A stretch of DNA of 64,000 nt, taken from Nitrospira sp. GTDB taxonomy: Bacteria > Nitrospirota > Nitrospiria > Nitrospirales > Nitrospiraceae. The stretch covers positions 3,616,001 through 3,680,000 of the forward strand of contig AP038806.1 of the NCBI GenBank assembly GCA_047150005.1, in the 5' to 3' direction. Below are positions 30,264 to 41,006 of this stretch, one piece after another; the first letter of the stretch is position 1; each line of letters starts with the position of its first letter. The position numbers were made by a program, and so were the translations under genes. The notes under the pieces were generated by a model that worked only from the letters and a program-made list of their open reading frames with translations, did no database searches and was not told where the DNA came from.

Positions 30264-30548
30264 ATGAAACCGGTCACCGTTCAGAACCCCGAGGAAATTC
30301 TGACGTTGCTTGCCGACGTGGCGCTTCGGGGAACCGGATTTGTCACCGAATGTCTCCTGGATTACGTCTTGGACGAAGGTTTTACGGAACCGATTTACTT
30401 CAACGCAAGCGGGGAGGACCCGGAAGCCTATTTCAAGGGTCAAGCGCCGGCGTGGGCCGTCTATCAAGTGCGCGAGTGGAAACGGGTCCTGACCGTTTCA
30501 GGCGGACCGGGCAAAGCGCGTCGCGTCCAGATAACGGAAACTCCATAG
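30264..30548 (+). CDS. Hypothetical protein
   Basis: Compact ORF divergent from the PqqC-like gene. Confidence 0.65.
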   Translation: MKPVTVQNPEEILTLLADVALRGTGFVTECLLDYVLDEGFTEPIYFNASGEDPEAYFKGQAPAWAVYQVREWKRVLTVSGGPGKARRVQITETP

Positions 30549-30640
30549 AGGGATCGAGCTGAGTCTACGGTGAGGCGATTGAAAAAGCAACGAATCGGAG
30601 AAGTCTTACCGGTCGCAGCCGGCCCGGCGGAGATCGACGA

Positions 30641-30889
30641 ATGAACCTCGTGCGGATCGCGGAACCCTTCACACTCGGCGAGTTGGTGGTGCTGCAGAGT
30701 TTGTTGGACGGAAGCGGTATCGAGTATGTCCTCCGTCATGCGAACGTCGGCAGTCTGTACCCGGGCATCCCTGCGCTGACATCCCAGGTGTTCGTCGACG
30801 AGCGGGACGTCCCCCGTGCGGAGCATTTGCTGAGTCGCCTCAGATCGGAGCTGCGCGAGGTGCCTCAGACGACGCCGGACAACGGCTAA
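30641..30889 (+). CDS. DUF2007-family protein
   Basis: QSLLDGSGI.Y...VFVDERDVPRA pattern. Confidence 0.8.
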   Translation: MNLVRIAEPFTLGELVVLQSLLDGSGIEYVLRHANVGSLYPGIPALTSQVFVDERDVPRAEHLLSRLRSELREVPQTTPDNG

Positions 30890-31341
30890 CCAGACGGTTT
30901 GGGTGTGTGGGGATTCGATGGGCTCTGCGAAGGAAGACGCTCTCCCGATCCTTGGAACCATCCGCCGATCAACATGCCTTCTTCGAAATAAAGATAGCGG
31001 TGCTTCACGACCGCCGTGCTCTCCCAGTCCTCGAAGATCCATTCTTCCTGCCGGATTCCGTCCTTGGTAAAGGTCGTATTGATCGTCTGGGGTCCACCCC
31101 AGGATTGCAGGACCTGCTCCTTCGACATTCCGACCATGACGCGGTGCTCGGAGATATGTCTCTGAAAATCCGGATCTCTCATCTGGACGATGAGCGGCCA
31201 AACAACCATCAGCGCGACGAACAGGATGAGGCCGGCATAGATCGTGATGCGCACCGGGCGCTGTCGGATAAAGGAAACCGGTTCGGAAACATTGAGATCC
31301 GCGGACGACATATCTTCAATCACAAGGTGCTCTAGCGCCAT
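30886..31341 (-). CDS. Membrane-anchored SmpA/BamE-like hypothetical protein
   Basis: TM helix, GMSKEQVLQSWGGP...EEWIF...LYFEEG. Confidence 0.65.
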   Translation of the reverse strand: MALEHLVIEDMSSADLNVSEPVSFIRQRPVRITIYAGLILFVALMVVWPLIVQMRDPDFQRHISEHRVMVGMSKEQVLQSWGGPQTINTTFTKDGIRQEEWIFEDWESTAVVKHRYLYFEEGMLIGGWFQGSGERLPSQSPSNPHTPKPSG

Positions 31342-31479
31342 GGATGATCGACAGCATGCACAACGCGCGCGGGAATCCTAGCAATCACCCGCAGGAGGCG
31401 TCAAGGGACGCGGACATGGGATCGGGAGGGAGCGAAGGCTCGGGGATGGTCTCCCGCTCGAAGCACGCAGATCTTCGCG

Positions 31480-32271
31480 TCAGTCGGCGTACTGGGGGAC
31501 CGGGATCTTCTTGACCTGAGTCTGCCGCGGCGGGACCGGCTGCTGGAAGAATTCCTTGGAATAGGGGTTCATGATCGGATCGTGAGTATGGCGTTGCCTC
31601 CGCTTCACGAGCTCGATGCTTTGCGTGCCGATCTCCAACCGATCCACCGACGCCTTGGTGGTCAGCGGATCCGGCAATCCTTGGAGGGAAAACAACTGGT
31701 AGGCGAGTGTCCAATCCAACTGGTCCTTGGCCGCCTCTTTGACGATGAACCGCGCCTGGGGCGAAGGAGCTCCCTTGAACAACAAGAGCCAGATGTTTGA
31801 ACGAAAGGACGGCGCGGCCGGATCATCAGAGGGATGAAACTCCGGGACCAGAGCCGGCATCTGAGCAATGGAAACGGACGGGGTGAACTCGATGTCGACC
31901 AGTCTCACGTACAGGGCACGATTCTCACTCTGGTCGTTGGGATCCACTGCGTAGCTGAAGGAATACCGCACTTCAATCCCGTCTCGCTTGAAGATGTAGA
32001 CATCTTCCCCGTTTTCCGGAGAGACCAGCTTGCGGAAGTATTTCTCCCAATCGGAAATGGCGTAATAGGTGAACACCCGCAAGGCTGATTTTCGGTCTCG
32101 CACCGCCTGCGGCATCCCGAGTTTTTCGTGCAATTCCGCCTGCGTCAGACCGAGAAACCCGTCTTCGAAATAGGCCGCTGCCGACGCGTGTGTCGGTGCG
32201 CACACACCCAGAACCAGCACAAACACGAGGAGAACATACGGTAGGCAGGGATGAGTCCGATGCAGGAGCAA
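31480..32271 (-). CDS. Exported hypothetical protein
   Basis: Signal peptide, LGLTQAEL.EKLG.P. Confidence 0.65.
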   Translation of the reverse strand: MLLHRTHPCLPYVLLVFVLVLGVCAPTHASAAAYFEDGFLGLTQAELHEKLGMPQAVRDRKSALRVFTYYAISDWEKYFRKLVSPENGEDVYIFKRDGIEVRYSFSYAVDPNDQSENRALYVRLVDIEFTPSVSIAQMPALVPEFHPSDDPAAPSFRSNIWLLLFKGAPSPQARFIVKEAAKDQLDWTLAYQLFSLQGLPDPLTTKASVDRLEIGTQSIELVKRRQRHTHDPIMNPYSKEFFQQPVPPRQTQVKKIPVPQYAD

Positions 32272-32405
32272 AGTTCATCTCCGGCTTTTGTTCATCGTAT
32301 CGGCGGTATCCTGTGATGTCAAGCTTGTGTTTTGGTTGCCGGTTTCCCATGTTCTCAGTATGATGACGCCATTCTCGTACTTTCTCTGACAGAGGGCAGG
32401 CACAG

Positions 32406-35400
32406 ATGAGCGACATCGAAACGCTTCTTCGCGGGCGCATTCTCATTCTTGACGGTGCCATGGGGACCATGATCCAGCAACGCAAGCTGGACGAAGCCGC
32501 GTTTCGCGGCGAGCGCTTCAAAGATTGGGAAAAGGACCTGAAAGGTCACAATGACCTGCTGAATCTCACACAGCCGGCCCTCGTCGAAGACATCCATCGG
32601 CAATACCTCGAGGCCGGAGCGGACATCATCGAAACCAACACCTTCAACTCCCAGGCGATTTCGCTGTCCGATTACCGTATGGACAGCTTGGGATACGAGC
32701 TCTCTCGGGCCGGTGCCGTCTGTGCCAAGCGCGCCGTGAAAACTGTTCAATCGGCCGATCCGAAACGGCAGTGTTTCGTCGCGGGCGCGATCGGGCCGAC
32801 CACGAAGACGTCGTCCATCTCCACGGATGTCAACAATCCGGCCGCGCGCGGCACGACCTATGAGGAACTCGTTCGCGCCTACGGCGAACAGGTTCGCGGT
32901 CTGTTGGACGGAGGAACGGACCTCCTGCTCGTCGAGACCATCTTCGACACGCTTAATGCCAAGGCGGCCTTCTTTGCCATCCAGGAGGTGTTCGCTTCGG
33001 GTGGACGGAGTGTGCCGATCATGGCGTCCGTCACATTCATTCAAGCCGGCAGCAACCGCGGTGTGACCGGTCAAACCGTGGAGGCTTTCTGGAACTCCAT
33101 CTCCCATGTGCCGCTTCTGAGCGTCGGCATCAACTGCGCGCTCGGACCGAAGGAGATGCGGCCGCTCATCGAGGAACTGTCCCGAATCGCTCCGGTCTAT
33201 GTCAGCGCTCATCCGAACGCGGGCTTGCCCAACCCGCTGCTGCCCACCGGTTTTCCGGAGACGCCCGATTCCTTGGCCCCCCAATTGCGGGAATGGGCCA
33301 AGAACGGCTGGCTGAATATCGTCGGCGGCTGTTGCGGAACGACGCCGGCTCACATCAAGCTCATCGCGGAAGCCGTTCGCGGAATTCCGTCCAGAGTGGT
33401 TCCGGAAGTGGAGCCCTATACCAGACTGAGCGGGCTGGAAGCACTCACGCTCCGTCCCGATTCCAATTTTACGAACATCGGCGAGCGCACGAACGTCACG
33501 GGCTCGCCGGCGTTCGCCAAGCTGATCCTCGCGGGCGACTACGAAACCGCCCTGTCCGTGGCGCGCCAGCAAGTGGACGGCGGTGCCCAGATCATCGACA
33601 TCAACATGGACGAGGGCATGCTCGATTCCGTCGCCGCCATGGAAAAGTTTCTTCGGCTGATCGCGTCCGAGCCCGACATCGCGCGCATCCCGATCATGGT
33701 CGACAGCTCCAAATGGGAGGTGCTCGAGACAGGCTTGCGGAATATCCAGGGCAAGGCGGTGGTCAACAGCATCAGCCTGAAGGAGGGCGAGCAGAAGTTC
33801 GTGGACCAGGCGACCTTGGTTCGTCGTTACGGGGCCGCCGTCGTGGTCATGGCGTTCGACGAACGCGGTCAGGCCGACACGCTCGAGCGCAAACAGGAAA
33901 TCTGCGCGCGCTCCTACAAGATCCTGACCGAGCGGGTGGGGTTCCCCCCTCAGGACGTCATCTTCGACCCCAACATCCTGACCGTCGCGACGGGGATCGA
34001 CGAACACAACAATTATGCCGTCAACTTTATCGAAGCGACGCGCTGGATCAAGCAACATCTTCCGGGAGCAAAAGTCAGCGGAGGCATCAGCAACATCTCG
34101 TTTTCATTTCGCGGGAACAACGTCGTGCGAGAAGCCATGCACGCGGCCTTTCTCTACCACGCCGTCAAAGCCGGACTCGATATGGGCATCGTCAATGCCG
34201 GCCAGCTTGCCGTGTATGAAGAAATCCCCAAAGACCTGCTCGAACTGGTGGAGGACGTGCTGCTGAACCGGCGGCCTGACGCCACCGAACGGCTGGTGAG
34301 CTTTGCCGAGACGGTCAAACAGAAGGGCAAGACTGTCGTTCAGGACGACGCCTGGCGCAAGGGCACGGTGGAGGAGCGGCTTTCCCATGCGCTCGTGAAG
34401 GGCATCACGGACTACATTGAACAAGACACGGAGGAGGCGAGACAGAAATACGCCAAGCCGTTGTCCGTGATCGAAGGTCCTCTGATGGACGGAATGAACG
34501 TGGTCGGCGATCTGTTCGGATCCGGCAAGATGTTCCTTCCGCAGGTCGTGAAAAGCGCCCGCGTGATGAAAAAGGCGGTCGCCTACCTGATGCCCTTCAT
34601 GGAGGAGGAGAAGAAACGGCTGGGCGACTATCGGTCGCAGGGGAAAGTTCTGCTCGCCACCGTCAAGGGAGACGTGCACGATATCGGCAAGAACATCGTC
34701 GGGGTCGTGCTCGGGTGCAACAACTACGAGGTCATCGATCTCGGGGTGATGGTACCATGCGAAAAGATTCTGGCCACGGCCAAGGACCGCAAAGTCGATG
34801 TCATCGGATTGAGCGGCTTGATCACGCCGTCCCTCGACGAGATGGTTCACGTCGCCAAGGAAATGACCCGCGAAGGTTTTGATCTGCCGTTGCTCATCGG
34901 AGGAGCCACGACCAGCAAGGCCCACACGGCGGTCAAGATCGCCCCTTCCTATACCCCATCGGTCGTGCACGTGCTGGACGCCTCCAGAGCCGTGGGCGTG
35001 ATGGGCAATCTCATGGGAAACCAGCGTCCCGCGTTCGTCCAGCAGGTCCGGGACGACTACGAGCGGGTCCGCCAAGCCCATCAGGAACGTGGAGCCCGGC
35101 CGCTGGTCTCCCTGGATGCGGCGCGGAAGAACCGACTGGACTCGGAGTGGACATCCCTCGATGTGCCGGAACCATCCTTTCTCGGCACCAGAGAGATCCG
35201 GGAACTGGGCCTCGGAGAACTGGTCCCGTACATCGACTGGACGCCCTTTTTCCATACATGGGAGCTCAGGGGCCGCTATCCGGCGATCTTCGACGACCCC
35301 ACCGTGGGTAACAAAGCCAAGGAACTCTTCGACGACGCGCGAAGGCTGTTGGAAGAAATCATCCGGCGCCGTTTATTGACCGCCAACGCCGTCTACGGCT

Positions 35401-36083
35401 TCTTCGCCTCCGCGTCGGTGGGCGATGACATCGTGCTCTTCACCGATCGGTCCGGCGCGCAGACGTTGACGACATTCCACACGTTGCGCCAGCAATCCGA
35501 GAAACCACCGGGTCAGGCCAATCTGGCTCTGGCCGATTTCGTCGCGCCTCAGAGCTCCGGCAGGGCCGATTTTATCGGCGCCTTTGCGGTCACGGCCGGT
35601 ATCGGCACCGACGAGCTCTGTCGCCGGTTCGAGAACGACCACGACGACTACAATTCCATCATGGCCAAAGCGCTGGCGGACCGGCTGGCCGAAGCCTTTG
35701 CCGAATATCTCCATCAACGGGTGCGGGGAGAATGGGGGTACGGGCTGGGGGAGCGGCTGACGAACGAGGAACTCATTAAAGAGCGTTATCGAGGAATCCG
35801 CCCGGCCCCCGGGTATCCCGCCTGTCCGGACCACACGGAAAAGGAGTCGCTGTTCCAGCTGCTGGACGTTGAACGCCGTACGGGCATCCGCCTGACGGAA
35901 AGCTTTGCGATGTTGCCGGCTGCGTCGGTCAGCGGCTTGTACTTCGCCCATCCGCAGGCGAAATATTTCGCGGTCGGGAAGCTGGGAAAGGATCAAATCG
36001 AGGATTATGCCCGCCGGAAGGGGATGTCGCTTGCCGTGGCGGAGCGCTGGCTGGCGCCGAACCTGAACTACGAACCAACCTAG
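32406..36083 (+). CDS. metH: Cobalamin-dependent methionine synthase
   Basis: [26 protein letters not shown] (B12-binding), [12 protein letters not shown]. Confidence 0.98.
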   Translation: MSDIETLLRGRILILDGAMGTMIQQRKLDEAAFRGERFKDWEKDLKGHNDLLNLTQPALVEDIHRQYLEAGADIIETNTFNSQAISLSDYRMDSLGYELSRAGAVCAKRAVKTVQSADPKRQCFVAGAIGPTTKTSSISTDVNNPAARGTTYEELVRAYGEQVRGLLDGGTDLLLVETIFDTLNAKAAFFAIQEVFASGGRSVPIMASVTFIQAGSNRGVTGQTVEAFWNSISHVPLLSVGINCALGPKEMRPLIEELSRIAPVYVSAHPNAGLPNPLLPTGFPETPDSLAPQLREWAKNGWLNIVGGCCGTTPAHIKLIAEAVRGIPSRVVPEVEPYTRLSGLEALTLRPDSNFTNIGERTNVTGSPAFAKLILAGDYETALSVARQQVDGGAQIIDINMDEGMLDSVAAMEKFLRLIASEPDIARIPIMVDSSKWEVLETGLRNIQGKAVVNSISLKEGEQKFVDQATLVRRYGAAVVVMAFDERGQADTLERKQEICARSYKILTERVGFPPQDVIFDPNILTVATGIDEHNNYAVNFIEATRWIKQHLPGAKVSGGISNISFSFRGNNVVREAMHAAFLYHAVKAGLDMGIVNAGQLAVYEEIPKDLLELVEDVLLNRRPDATERLVSFAETVKQKGKTVVQDDAWRKGTVEERLSHALVKGITDYIEQDTEEARQKYAKPLSVIEGPLMDGMNVVGDLFGSGKMFLPQVVKSARVMKKAVAYLMPFMEEEKKRLGDYRSQGKVLLATVKGDVHDIGKNIVGVVLGCNNYEVIDLGVMVPCEKILATAKDRKVDVIGLSGLITPSLDEMVHVAKEMTREGFDLPLLIGGATTSKAHTAVKIAPSYTPSVVHVLDASRAVGVMGNLMGNQRPAFVQQVRDDYERVRQAHQERGARPLVSLDAARKNRLDSEWTSLDVPEPSFLGTREIRELGLGELVPYIDWTPFFHTWELRGRYPAIFDDPTVGNKAKELFDDARRLLEEIIRRRLLTANAVYGFFASASVGDDIVLFTDRSGAQTLTTFHTLRQQSEKPPGQANLALADFVAPQSSGRADFIGAFAVTAGIGTDELCRRFENDHDDYNSIMAKALADRLAEAFAEYLHQRVRGEWGYGLGERLTNEELIKERYRGIRPAPGYPACPDHTEKESLFQLLDVERRTGIRLTESFAMLPAASVSGLYFAHPQAKYFAVGKLGKDQIEDYARRKGMSLAVAERWLAPNLNYEPT

Positions 36084-36089
36084 AATCGG

Positions 36090-36599
36090 TCAGGAGACTT
36101 CCGCCAGGAGGGAATGCCGGAGTGGCTTTCCCGCAGCGGAGGTCAACGCGGCCTTCACCGCTCGGTAGCGTTCCTCAGCCCACCGGTTGAACTCCTCCGA
36201 ATCAGCGAAGACGAGATCCCACGCCTTGACCGCATCGACCATCAGCAGCTGATGAGAATGATGGTCGGTCGGAAAATACACAACAAGCACGGCGGACTTG
36301 CCGGTCAGGCTGACGTCGGTGAACACATGCAGCTGCCCACCGTGGGGAAGCGCCACATCGCGCGAAGCGGCTTCGACCAGAGGGTGATACATGCGACGCA
36401 GGAATTCCACGGTCACCTCGAAGGCGTTGCCGGTACCCAGGAGACGTGGATTCGGCTTTTCGCCGAAGAGATGCTCGGTCAGGTATGTCGCGGCTTCCCA
36501 GGTCGGCAGGGAGCCGGACGTGACGAGCGCTTCACAGAGGTACGCGATCCAGTTTCTGGTGATTCCCGGTTTCTTCGTCGGTGCAGACTTTTTTGGCAT
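36090..36599 (-). CDS. Hypothetical protein
   Basis: ORF from MPKKSAPT with AAGGA RBS. Confidence 0.6.
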   Translation of the reverse strand: MPKKSAPTKKPGITRNWIAYLCEALVTSGSLPTWEAATYLTEHLFGEKPNPRLLGTGNAFEVTVEFLRRMYHPLVEAASRDVALPHGGQLHVFTDVSLTGKSAVLVVYFPTDHHSHQLLMVDAVKAWDLVFADSEEFNRWAEERYRAVKAALTSAAGKPLRHSLLAEVS

Positions 36600-36746
36600 G
36601 GAAGCCGATCCTTTCCAGATTGACCGGAGCCGTCGGAATGCACGCCGACTCGGCGATGCGGCAGCGAGCGTTTCGAGCGCAATGAAATGGAGTATATCGA
36701 CGAGGGAAAATACGGTCAACGAATTGGCGAAAACGACGCGATGCGG

Positions 36747-37889
36747 TCAGGATTCGCGGATGGAACCGAGCGGCGCCTTGTCGGCATACTGTTCGTAGAT
36801 GCGCCTGATGTCGCCGAGGGAAGCCAGAAACACGTCGAGGAGTTCCGGATCGAAATGCAGGCCGCGCTTCTTGACCATGAGTTCCACCGCATGGTCGAAC
36901 TCGAACGCGGGTTTGTAGACGCGCGCCGTCGTGAGAGCGTCGAATGCATCCGCGATGGCGACGATGCGACCCTCGATGGGAATCTCTTCTCCCTTCAACC
37001 CTCGCGGGTAGCCGGTGCCGTCCCATCGTTCATGATGCGTCAGGGCAATGGTCGCGGCCACGTTGAGGATCTCGGCCTCTGAGCCGGCGAGTATCCGGTA
37101 TCCGATTTCGGCGTGCTGGGCCATGACGTACAACTCATCCTGCGTGAATTTCCCGGGCTTCAGGAGAACATGGTCCGGAGTGCCGATCTTCCCGATGTCG
37201 TGCATGGGACTGGCCGTCCGGATCAGCTCGCACCGCTCATTGGGGAGTCCATAGCGCCGGGCGAGCAGCTCGGAGTACCGGCTCATTCGGTGAATGTGCT
37301 GGGCCGTCGACCCATCCCGGTATTCCGCCGCGATGGCCAGCCGTTGAATGGTTTCTTCCCGCGAAAGTCGGAGTTCCTTTTCGCTCCGCTCGAGCCATTC
37401 CAGCGCCTGTTGAAGCGCCATCGTCCTGGTTCTGACGATGTCCTCCAGATTGTCCCGGTGAAGCTTGTTCTCGATTTCCAGCCGACGCCGGCGAAGCGCG
37501 TTCGTGACGTTGATCAGCACTTCATTGGACTCGAACGGCTTGACGACGTAGCCGAATGCGCCCATGTCCAGCGCCGCATTGGCCAGCACGGCGCTGTCGA
37601 GACCGGTGACCATGATCGCGGCGGTGTGAGGATACTCGGCCAGAATACTCCTGACGAGATCCATGCCCGATTCGCCGGGCATGTTCACGTCGCAGAGCAC
37701 CAGCGCGAACGGATGCTCCTCCAGATGTTGACGGGCATCCTTCGCATCGGCGGCGAGAACCGCTTCGTATCCGTGTGACTGCAGCATGTAGCCCAACAGG
37801 CGTCTGATCGGCTCTTCGTCGTCGACGATCAGCAGGCGCTTCAGGTCGAGGGTGGACTGTCGGCTTGCTGCATCCTGAAGGAACGTCAT
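36747..37889 (-). CDS. Response regulator with HD-GYP c-di-GMP phosphodiesterase domain
   Basis: REC domain (IVDDE, CDVNMP, VKPF); HDIGKIG, HHERWDGTGYP. Confidence 0.95.
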   Translation of the reverse strand: MTFLQDAASRQSTLDLKRLLIVDDEEPIRRLLGYMLQSHGYEAVLAADAKDARQHLEEHPFALVLCDVNMPGESGMDLVRSILAEYPHTAAIMVTGLDSAVLANAALDMGAFGYVVKPFESNEVLINVTNALRRRRLEIENKLHRDNLEDIVRTRTMALQQALEWLERSEKELRLSREETIQRLAIAAEYRDGSTAQHIHRMSRYSELLARRYGLPNERCELIRTASPMHDIGKIGTPDHVLLKPGKFTQDELYVMAQHAEIGYRILAGSEAEILNVAATIALTHHERWDGTGYPRGLKGEEIPIEGRIVAIADAFDALTTARVYKPAFEFDHAVELMVKKRGLHFDPELLDVFLASLGDIRRIYEQYADKAPLGSIRES

Positions 37890-37988
37890 AACTCGTGTGG
37901 GCGGCGCGGGCCGTCCGCAGCCCGCATCGAAGCGGTTTTACATGGATGTTGCGGCATTATCATGTTGCTCGGAAACTCTAAGACGAGC

Positions 37989-38003
37989 GCACCTTTTGTG
38001 CCA
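37989..38003 (-). promoter_or_regulatory. Candidate sigma54 promoter
   Basis: TGGCACAAAAGGTGC (GG-N10-GC) on minus strand, 100 nt upstream of the HD-GYP gene. Confidence 0.55.
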
Positions 38004-38310
38004 CTCTTTTTGTGTTTTAAGCATCGAGGCTCGCTGTTTGAGCCGCAAAACGAGTCCGTAGGATCCGCACTTAGGCGTCCTTCCCCGTCCAAAGACGCTC
38101 TGCGTAAACGTCTTCAGGCGGTGCGAGCCGAGTGATCGTAAGAGACCGGAACGGACGGCTGCGCGAAGCTTGCACTCTTGTACGGCCGTAACGCTCGCCA
38201 CGCCTGGTCCGTCGCGCGCGAGGCGTCGATCCGCGCGGCGTTTCATTGCGCTTTGGACGGTCCTTCACTATAATGCGCTCAATCGTACACCAGAGGAGAA
38301 GCTCATTGCC

Positions 38311-39054
38311 ATGAACGGTTCCGGAGGAGTTCTACGTGCCGATGGACGCAGAAAAGACCAGCTTCGTCCGATCAAAATCACACGAAATTTCATCAAGCAT
38401 GCCGAAGGGTCCGTCTTGATCGAAATGGGCGACACGAAAGTCGTCTGCACCGCGTCAGTCGAGGAAAAGGTCCCTCCTTTTCTCAAGGGAAAGGGGACGG
38501 GATGGGTGACGGCGGAATACAGCATGCTCCCGCGCTCCACGCACGAACGGTCGCCTCGCGAAGCCGTCAAAGGCAAGCAAGGCGGTCGAACATTGGAGAT
38601 CCAGCGCCTCGTGGGACGTGCCCTGCGCGCCGTCACCGGCATGGATCAAATGGGCGAACGGTCGATCTGGATCGACTGCGATGTCATCCAGGCAGACGGC
38701 GGGACAAGAACCGCGTCCATTACGGGAGCGTTCATCGCGTTGGCCGATGCGTTCACCACGCTGAAGACGAAGGGCTTGATCAAGAAGCGGCCGTTGACCG
38801 ATTACCTGGCCGCCGTTAGCGTGGGAAAGGTCAGAGGAGAGATTCTCGTCGATCTCGCTTACGTCGAGGATTCGGTTGCGGAGGTCGACATGAATCTTGT
38901 CATGACCTCAAAGGGCCAGTTCGTCGAAATTCAGGGGACGGCGGAGCGGACTCCCTTCGCCAAGCAGGACATGGACGGATTTCTGGCTCAGGGATGGTCG
39001 GCGATTCAGACGCTCACGAATCTGCAAAAGGATCTCGTGGGAGCCCTGGATTGA
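38311..39054 (+). CDS. rph: Ribonuclease PH
   Basis: [41 protein letters not shown]. Confidence 0.97.
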   Translation: MNGSGGVLRADGRRKDQLRPIKITRNFIKHAEGSVLIEMGDTKVVCTASVEEKVPPFLKGKGTGWVTAEYSMLPRSTHERSPREAVKGKQGGRTLEIQRLVGRALRAVTGMDQMGERSIWIDCDVIQADGGTRTASITGAFIALADAFTTLKTKGLIKKRPLTDYLAAVSVGKVRGEILVDLAYVEDSVAEVDMNLVMTSKGQFVEIQGTAERTPFAKQDMDGFLAQGWSAIQTLTNLQKDLVGALD

Positions 39055-39056
39055 CC

Positions 39057-39689
39057 ATGGCCGGCATGATCACCGAGCTTGTGCTCGCCACTCGGAACCG
39101 CCACAAAGGGGAGGAACTCACCGCCCTCTTGAGCAACCTCGGGATCCGCGTCCGGACATTGGCCGAATTTCCCAATGCACCGGAGGTCACGGAAGACGGC
39201 GACACCTGCGAAGCGAACGCGGTGAAAAAGGCCCGAACCATCGCGGACGTCACCGGACTCCCCGCCGTGGCCGACGATACCGGCCTGGAAGTCGATGCAC
39301 TGGGCGGACGGCCCGGAGTTTTTGCAGCTCGCTATGCGGGCGAGCACGTGTCCTACGAGGACAATTGGCGCAAGTTATTGAACGAACTTGCCGGGGTTCC
39401 GAGGAAACGACGGCAAGCGCGTTTTCTCACGGTTGCGGCCCTGGCTCTGCCGGGCGGCGGCATAGAGGTGGCGCAAGGAACCCTGGAGGGGGTAATCACG
39501 GACGAGCCGGCCGGGACCGGCGGGTTCGGCTATGATCCGGTATTTCACGTCCCGGAACTCGGCAAGACGTTGGCCGAGCTTTCGGCGGAGCAGAAGAATC
39601 GTATCAGTCATCGCGCGAAGGCCTTTGCTGAGATACGCGCGATGTTGCTGAGCAAGTTTGAATTGTCACAAGCTGTCCGATCTCCTTAG
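39057..39689 (+). CDS. rdgB: dITP/XTP pyrophosphatase
   Basis: ATRNRHK, ADDTGL, GFGYDPVF, SHRAKA. Confidence 0.96.
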   Translation: MAGMITELVLATRNRHKGEELTALLSNLGIRVRTLAEFPNAPEVTEDGDTCEANAVKKARTIADVTGLPAVADDTGLEVDALGGRPGVFAARYAGEHVSYEDNWRKLLNELAGVPRKRRQARFLTVAALALPGGGIEVAQGTLEGVITDEPAGTGGFGYDPVFHVPELGKTLAELSAEQKNRISHRAKAFAEIRAMLLSKFELSQAVRSP

Positions 39690-39809
39690 ATGCTCAACAC
39701 GGCCTCCAACAAGGCCGCAGGGAGCGAGATCGCCGAAGCGTACTGTGGGGTGGTACGTTGAGGCGAATGAGCGACCGAGAACGACGTTGAAGGGCGTTTT
39801 CAGCATCTA
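39687..39809. mobile_element. MITE-like short element with terminal inverted repeats
   Basis: TAGATGCTCAA ... TTCAGCATCTA (10/11 inverted match including flanking TA), ~120 bp, non-coding; resembles a dispersed repeat I recall from Nitrospira genomes (unchecked). Confidence 0.65.
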
Positions 39810-39816
39810 GAAAAGT

Positions 39817-39858
39817 CGGGGCGTAGCGCAGCCTGGTAGCGCGCCTGCTTTGGGAGCA
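39817..39858 (+). tRNA. 5' half of tRNA-Pro(UGG), truncated; probable att junction
   Basis: CGGGGCGTAGCGCAGCCTGGTAGCGCGCCTGCTTTGGGAGCA: acceptor 5' strand, D arm, anticodon TGG at 39851-39853; no T arm or CCA follows. Confidence 0.85.
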
Positions 39859-39866
39859 ACGAGGAA

Positions 39867-39902
39867 GGGATTGGCCAAGTCATTGATGACATGGCCAATC
39901 CC
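39867..39902. repeat. 36-bp near-perfect palindrome at island boundary
   Basis: GGGATTGGCCA-A-GTCAT-TG-ATGAC-A-TGGCCAATCCC. Confidence 0.85.
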
Positions 39903-40042
39903 CTTGTCAATTCTGGCGATTCGCATTTTCCTTCATTCATCTCTCTTTGTCTCTTTTTGTCGGAAATCCGACCCATTTGTCCGGATTTTTAACACTGTAA
40001 TAACACTTGATCGGGCTGGCGGTTTTTAACGAAGAGACGGGG

Positions 40043-40537
40043 TTACGGGACCATCTTTCGCACATCTTTGAGGAGCATAAAGAGATGCAGTGGATCGGTC
40101 GGTGATGGGAGGAAATCGAACCGCTCGTAGAATTTTCTCGCGGCCTCATCTTTGGCATGGACCACCAAGGCTCGAATTCCTGCAATGTCGGCAGCCTGCA
40201 AAGTCCGGAGCATCGCATCTTTCAATAATCCCGCACCGACCCCTTGTTTCTGCCAGCGGCGATCGACGGCTAACCTGGCCAGCAGCATGACGGGAATGGA
40301 ATGCTTAGCCAGCCCCTTCTTTACTCGCTCTGGGGCATGATCTTGCTCTACTGACCCTACAGCGAGAGCGTAGTAGCCGATAACCGTTTCATCGGTCAAC
40401 CCGACATAGGTCTGCGACCCTCCGCTGTGTTGATTCTGCAGCGCATGCTTTTGGAGAAAGCGATTGAGAGCTTCCTGTCCACAGTCGAATGCTTCAACAG
40501 CGTGATGCGGTTGAAGCTTTTCGATGCGCCTCGTCAA
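40043..40537 (-). CDS. GNAT acetyltransferase toxin (AtaT/TacT type)
   Basis: FDCGQEALNRFL, LLARLAVD..WQKQGVG, VHAKDEAA..FYERF. Confidence 0.93.
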   Translation of the reverse strand: MTRRIEKLQPHHAVEAFDCGQEALNRFLQKHALQNQHSGGSQTYVGLTDETVIGYYALAVGSVEQDHAPERVKKGLAKHSIPVMLLARLAVDRRWQKQGVGAGLLKDAMLRTLQAADIAGIRALVVHAKDEAARKFYERFDFLPSPTDPLHLFMLLKDVRKMVP

Positions 40538-40842
40538 CGCTTTTCTTGAGCGCTTGGTGTCGGCGTAGCGTCAAAGAAGCCTGGTTCCGTTAGGAGACGC
40601 TGCATCCGAGGGAGGGGTCGAGTCGGAGCATCCAGTGCGGCTAAGAACTCAGTCCACTTGGCCTTGCTCAAAGGAAACGTTCGGCGATCGGCCAAGGCTT
40701 CATCTGCTCGAGCCAGTGCGCTTTCAAGGACAAATGCGCTTACTGTACGATTAGAGACAGAGGCAGCAGCCTCCAGTGTTCGCTTGGTTGAGGAGCTTAC
40801 CCGAAGATCCAATTTTTCAGTCCGAAGAGTGCGGGCTGGCAT
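40534..40842 (-). CDS. DUF1778 ribbon-helix-helix antitoxin (AtaR/TacA type)
   Basis: EKLDLRV...LEAAA...SAFVLESA...FLAALDAP; overlaps toxin start. Confidence 0.92.
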   Translation of the reverse strand: MPARTLRTEKLDLRVSSSTKRTLEAAASVSNRTVSAFVLESALARADEALADRRTFPLSKAKWTEFLAALDAPTRPLPRMQRLLTEPGFFDATPTPSAQEKR

Positions 40843-41006
40843 AGGTCACCTGTGTTGTTCCTAAAGATATCCTAGCAATCATGTTATGTCAAGACAATGT
40901 GATGACGTTAATGTGTAGTTATTACAGTAACCTATGAAAATTATTGCTTTAGACATGCAATTAAGATGGTCCGTTACATTGCGCCTAAGTATGGTCTTCT
41001 ATTTTC

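Noticed and set aside
32272..32405. SAM or cobalamin riboswitch before metH
   Set aside because: No recognisable aptamer motifs by eye; an Rfam scan would settle it
32355..35996. Long minus-strand ORFs opposite metH (567, 383, 207 aa)
   Set aside because: Antisense shadows of a high-GC gene; no recognisable motifs
39859..40042. tRNA intron explaining the broken tRNA
   Set aside because: Break is in the anticodon stem, not a usual intron position, and no 3' exon was found nearby
40887..40907. Short palindrome TGTC-AA-GACA upstream of the antitoxin as operator
   Set aside because: Plausible but too short to distinguish from chance
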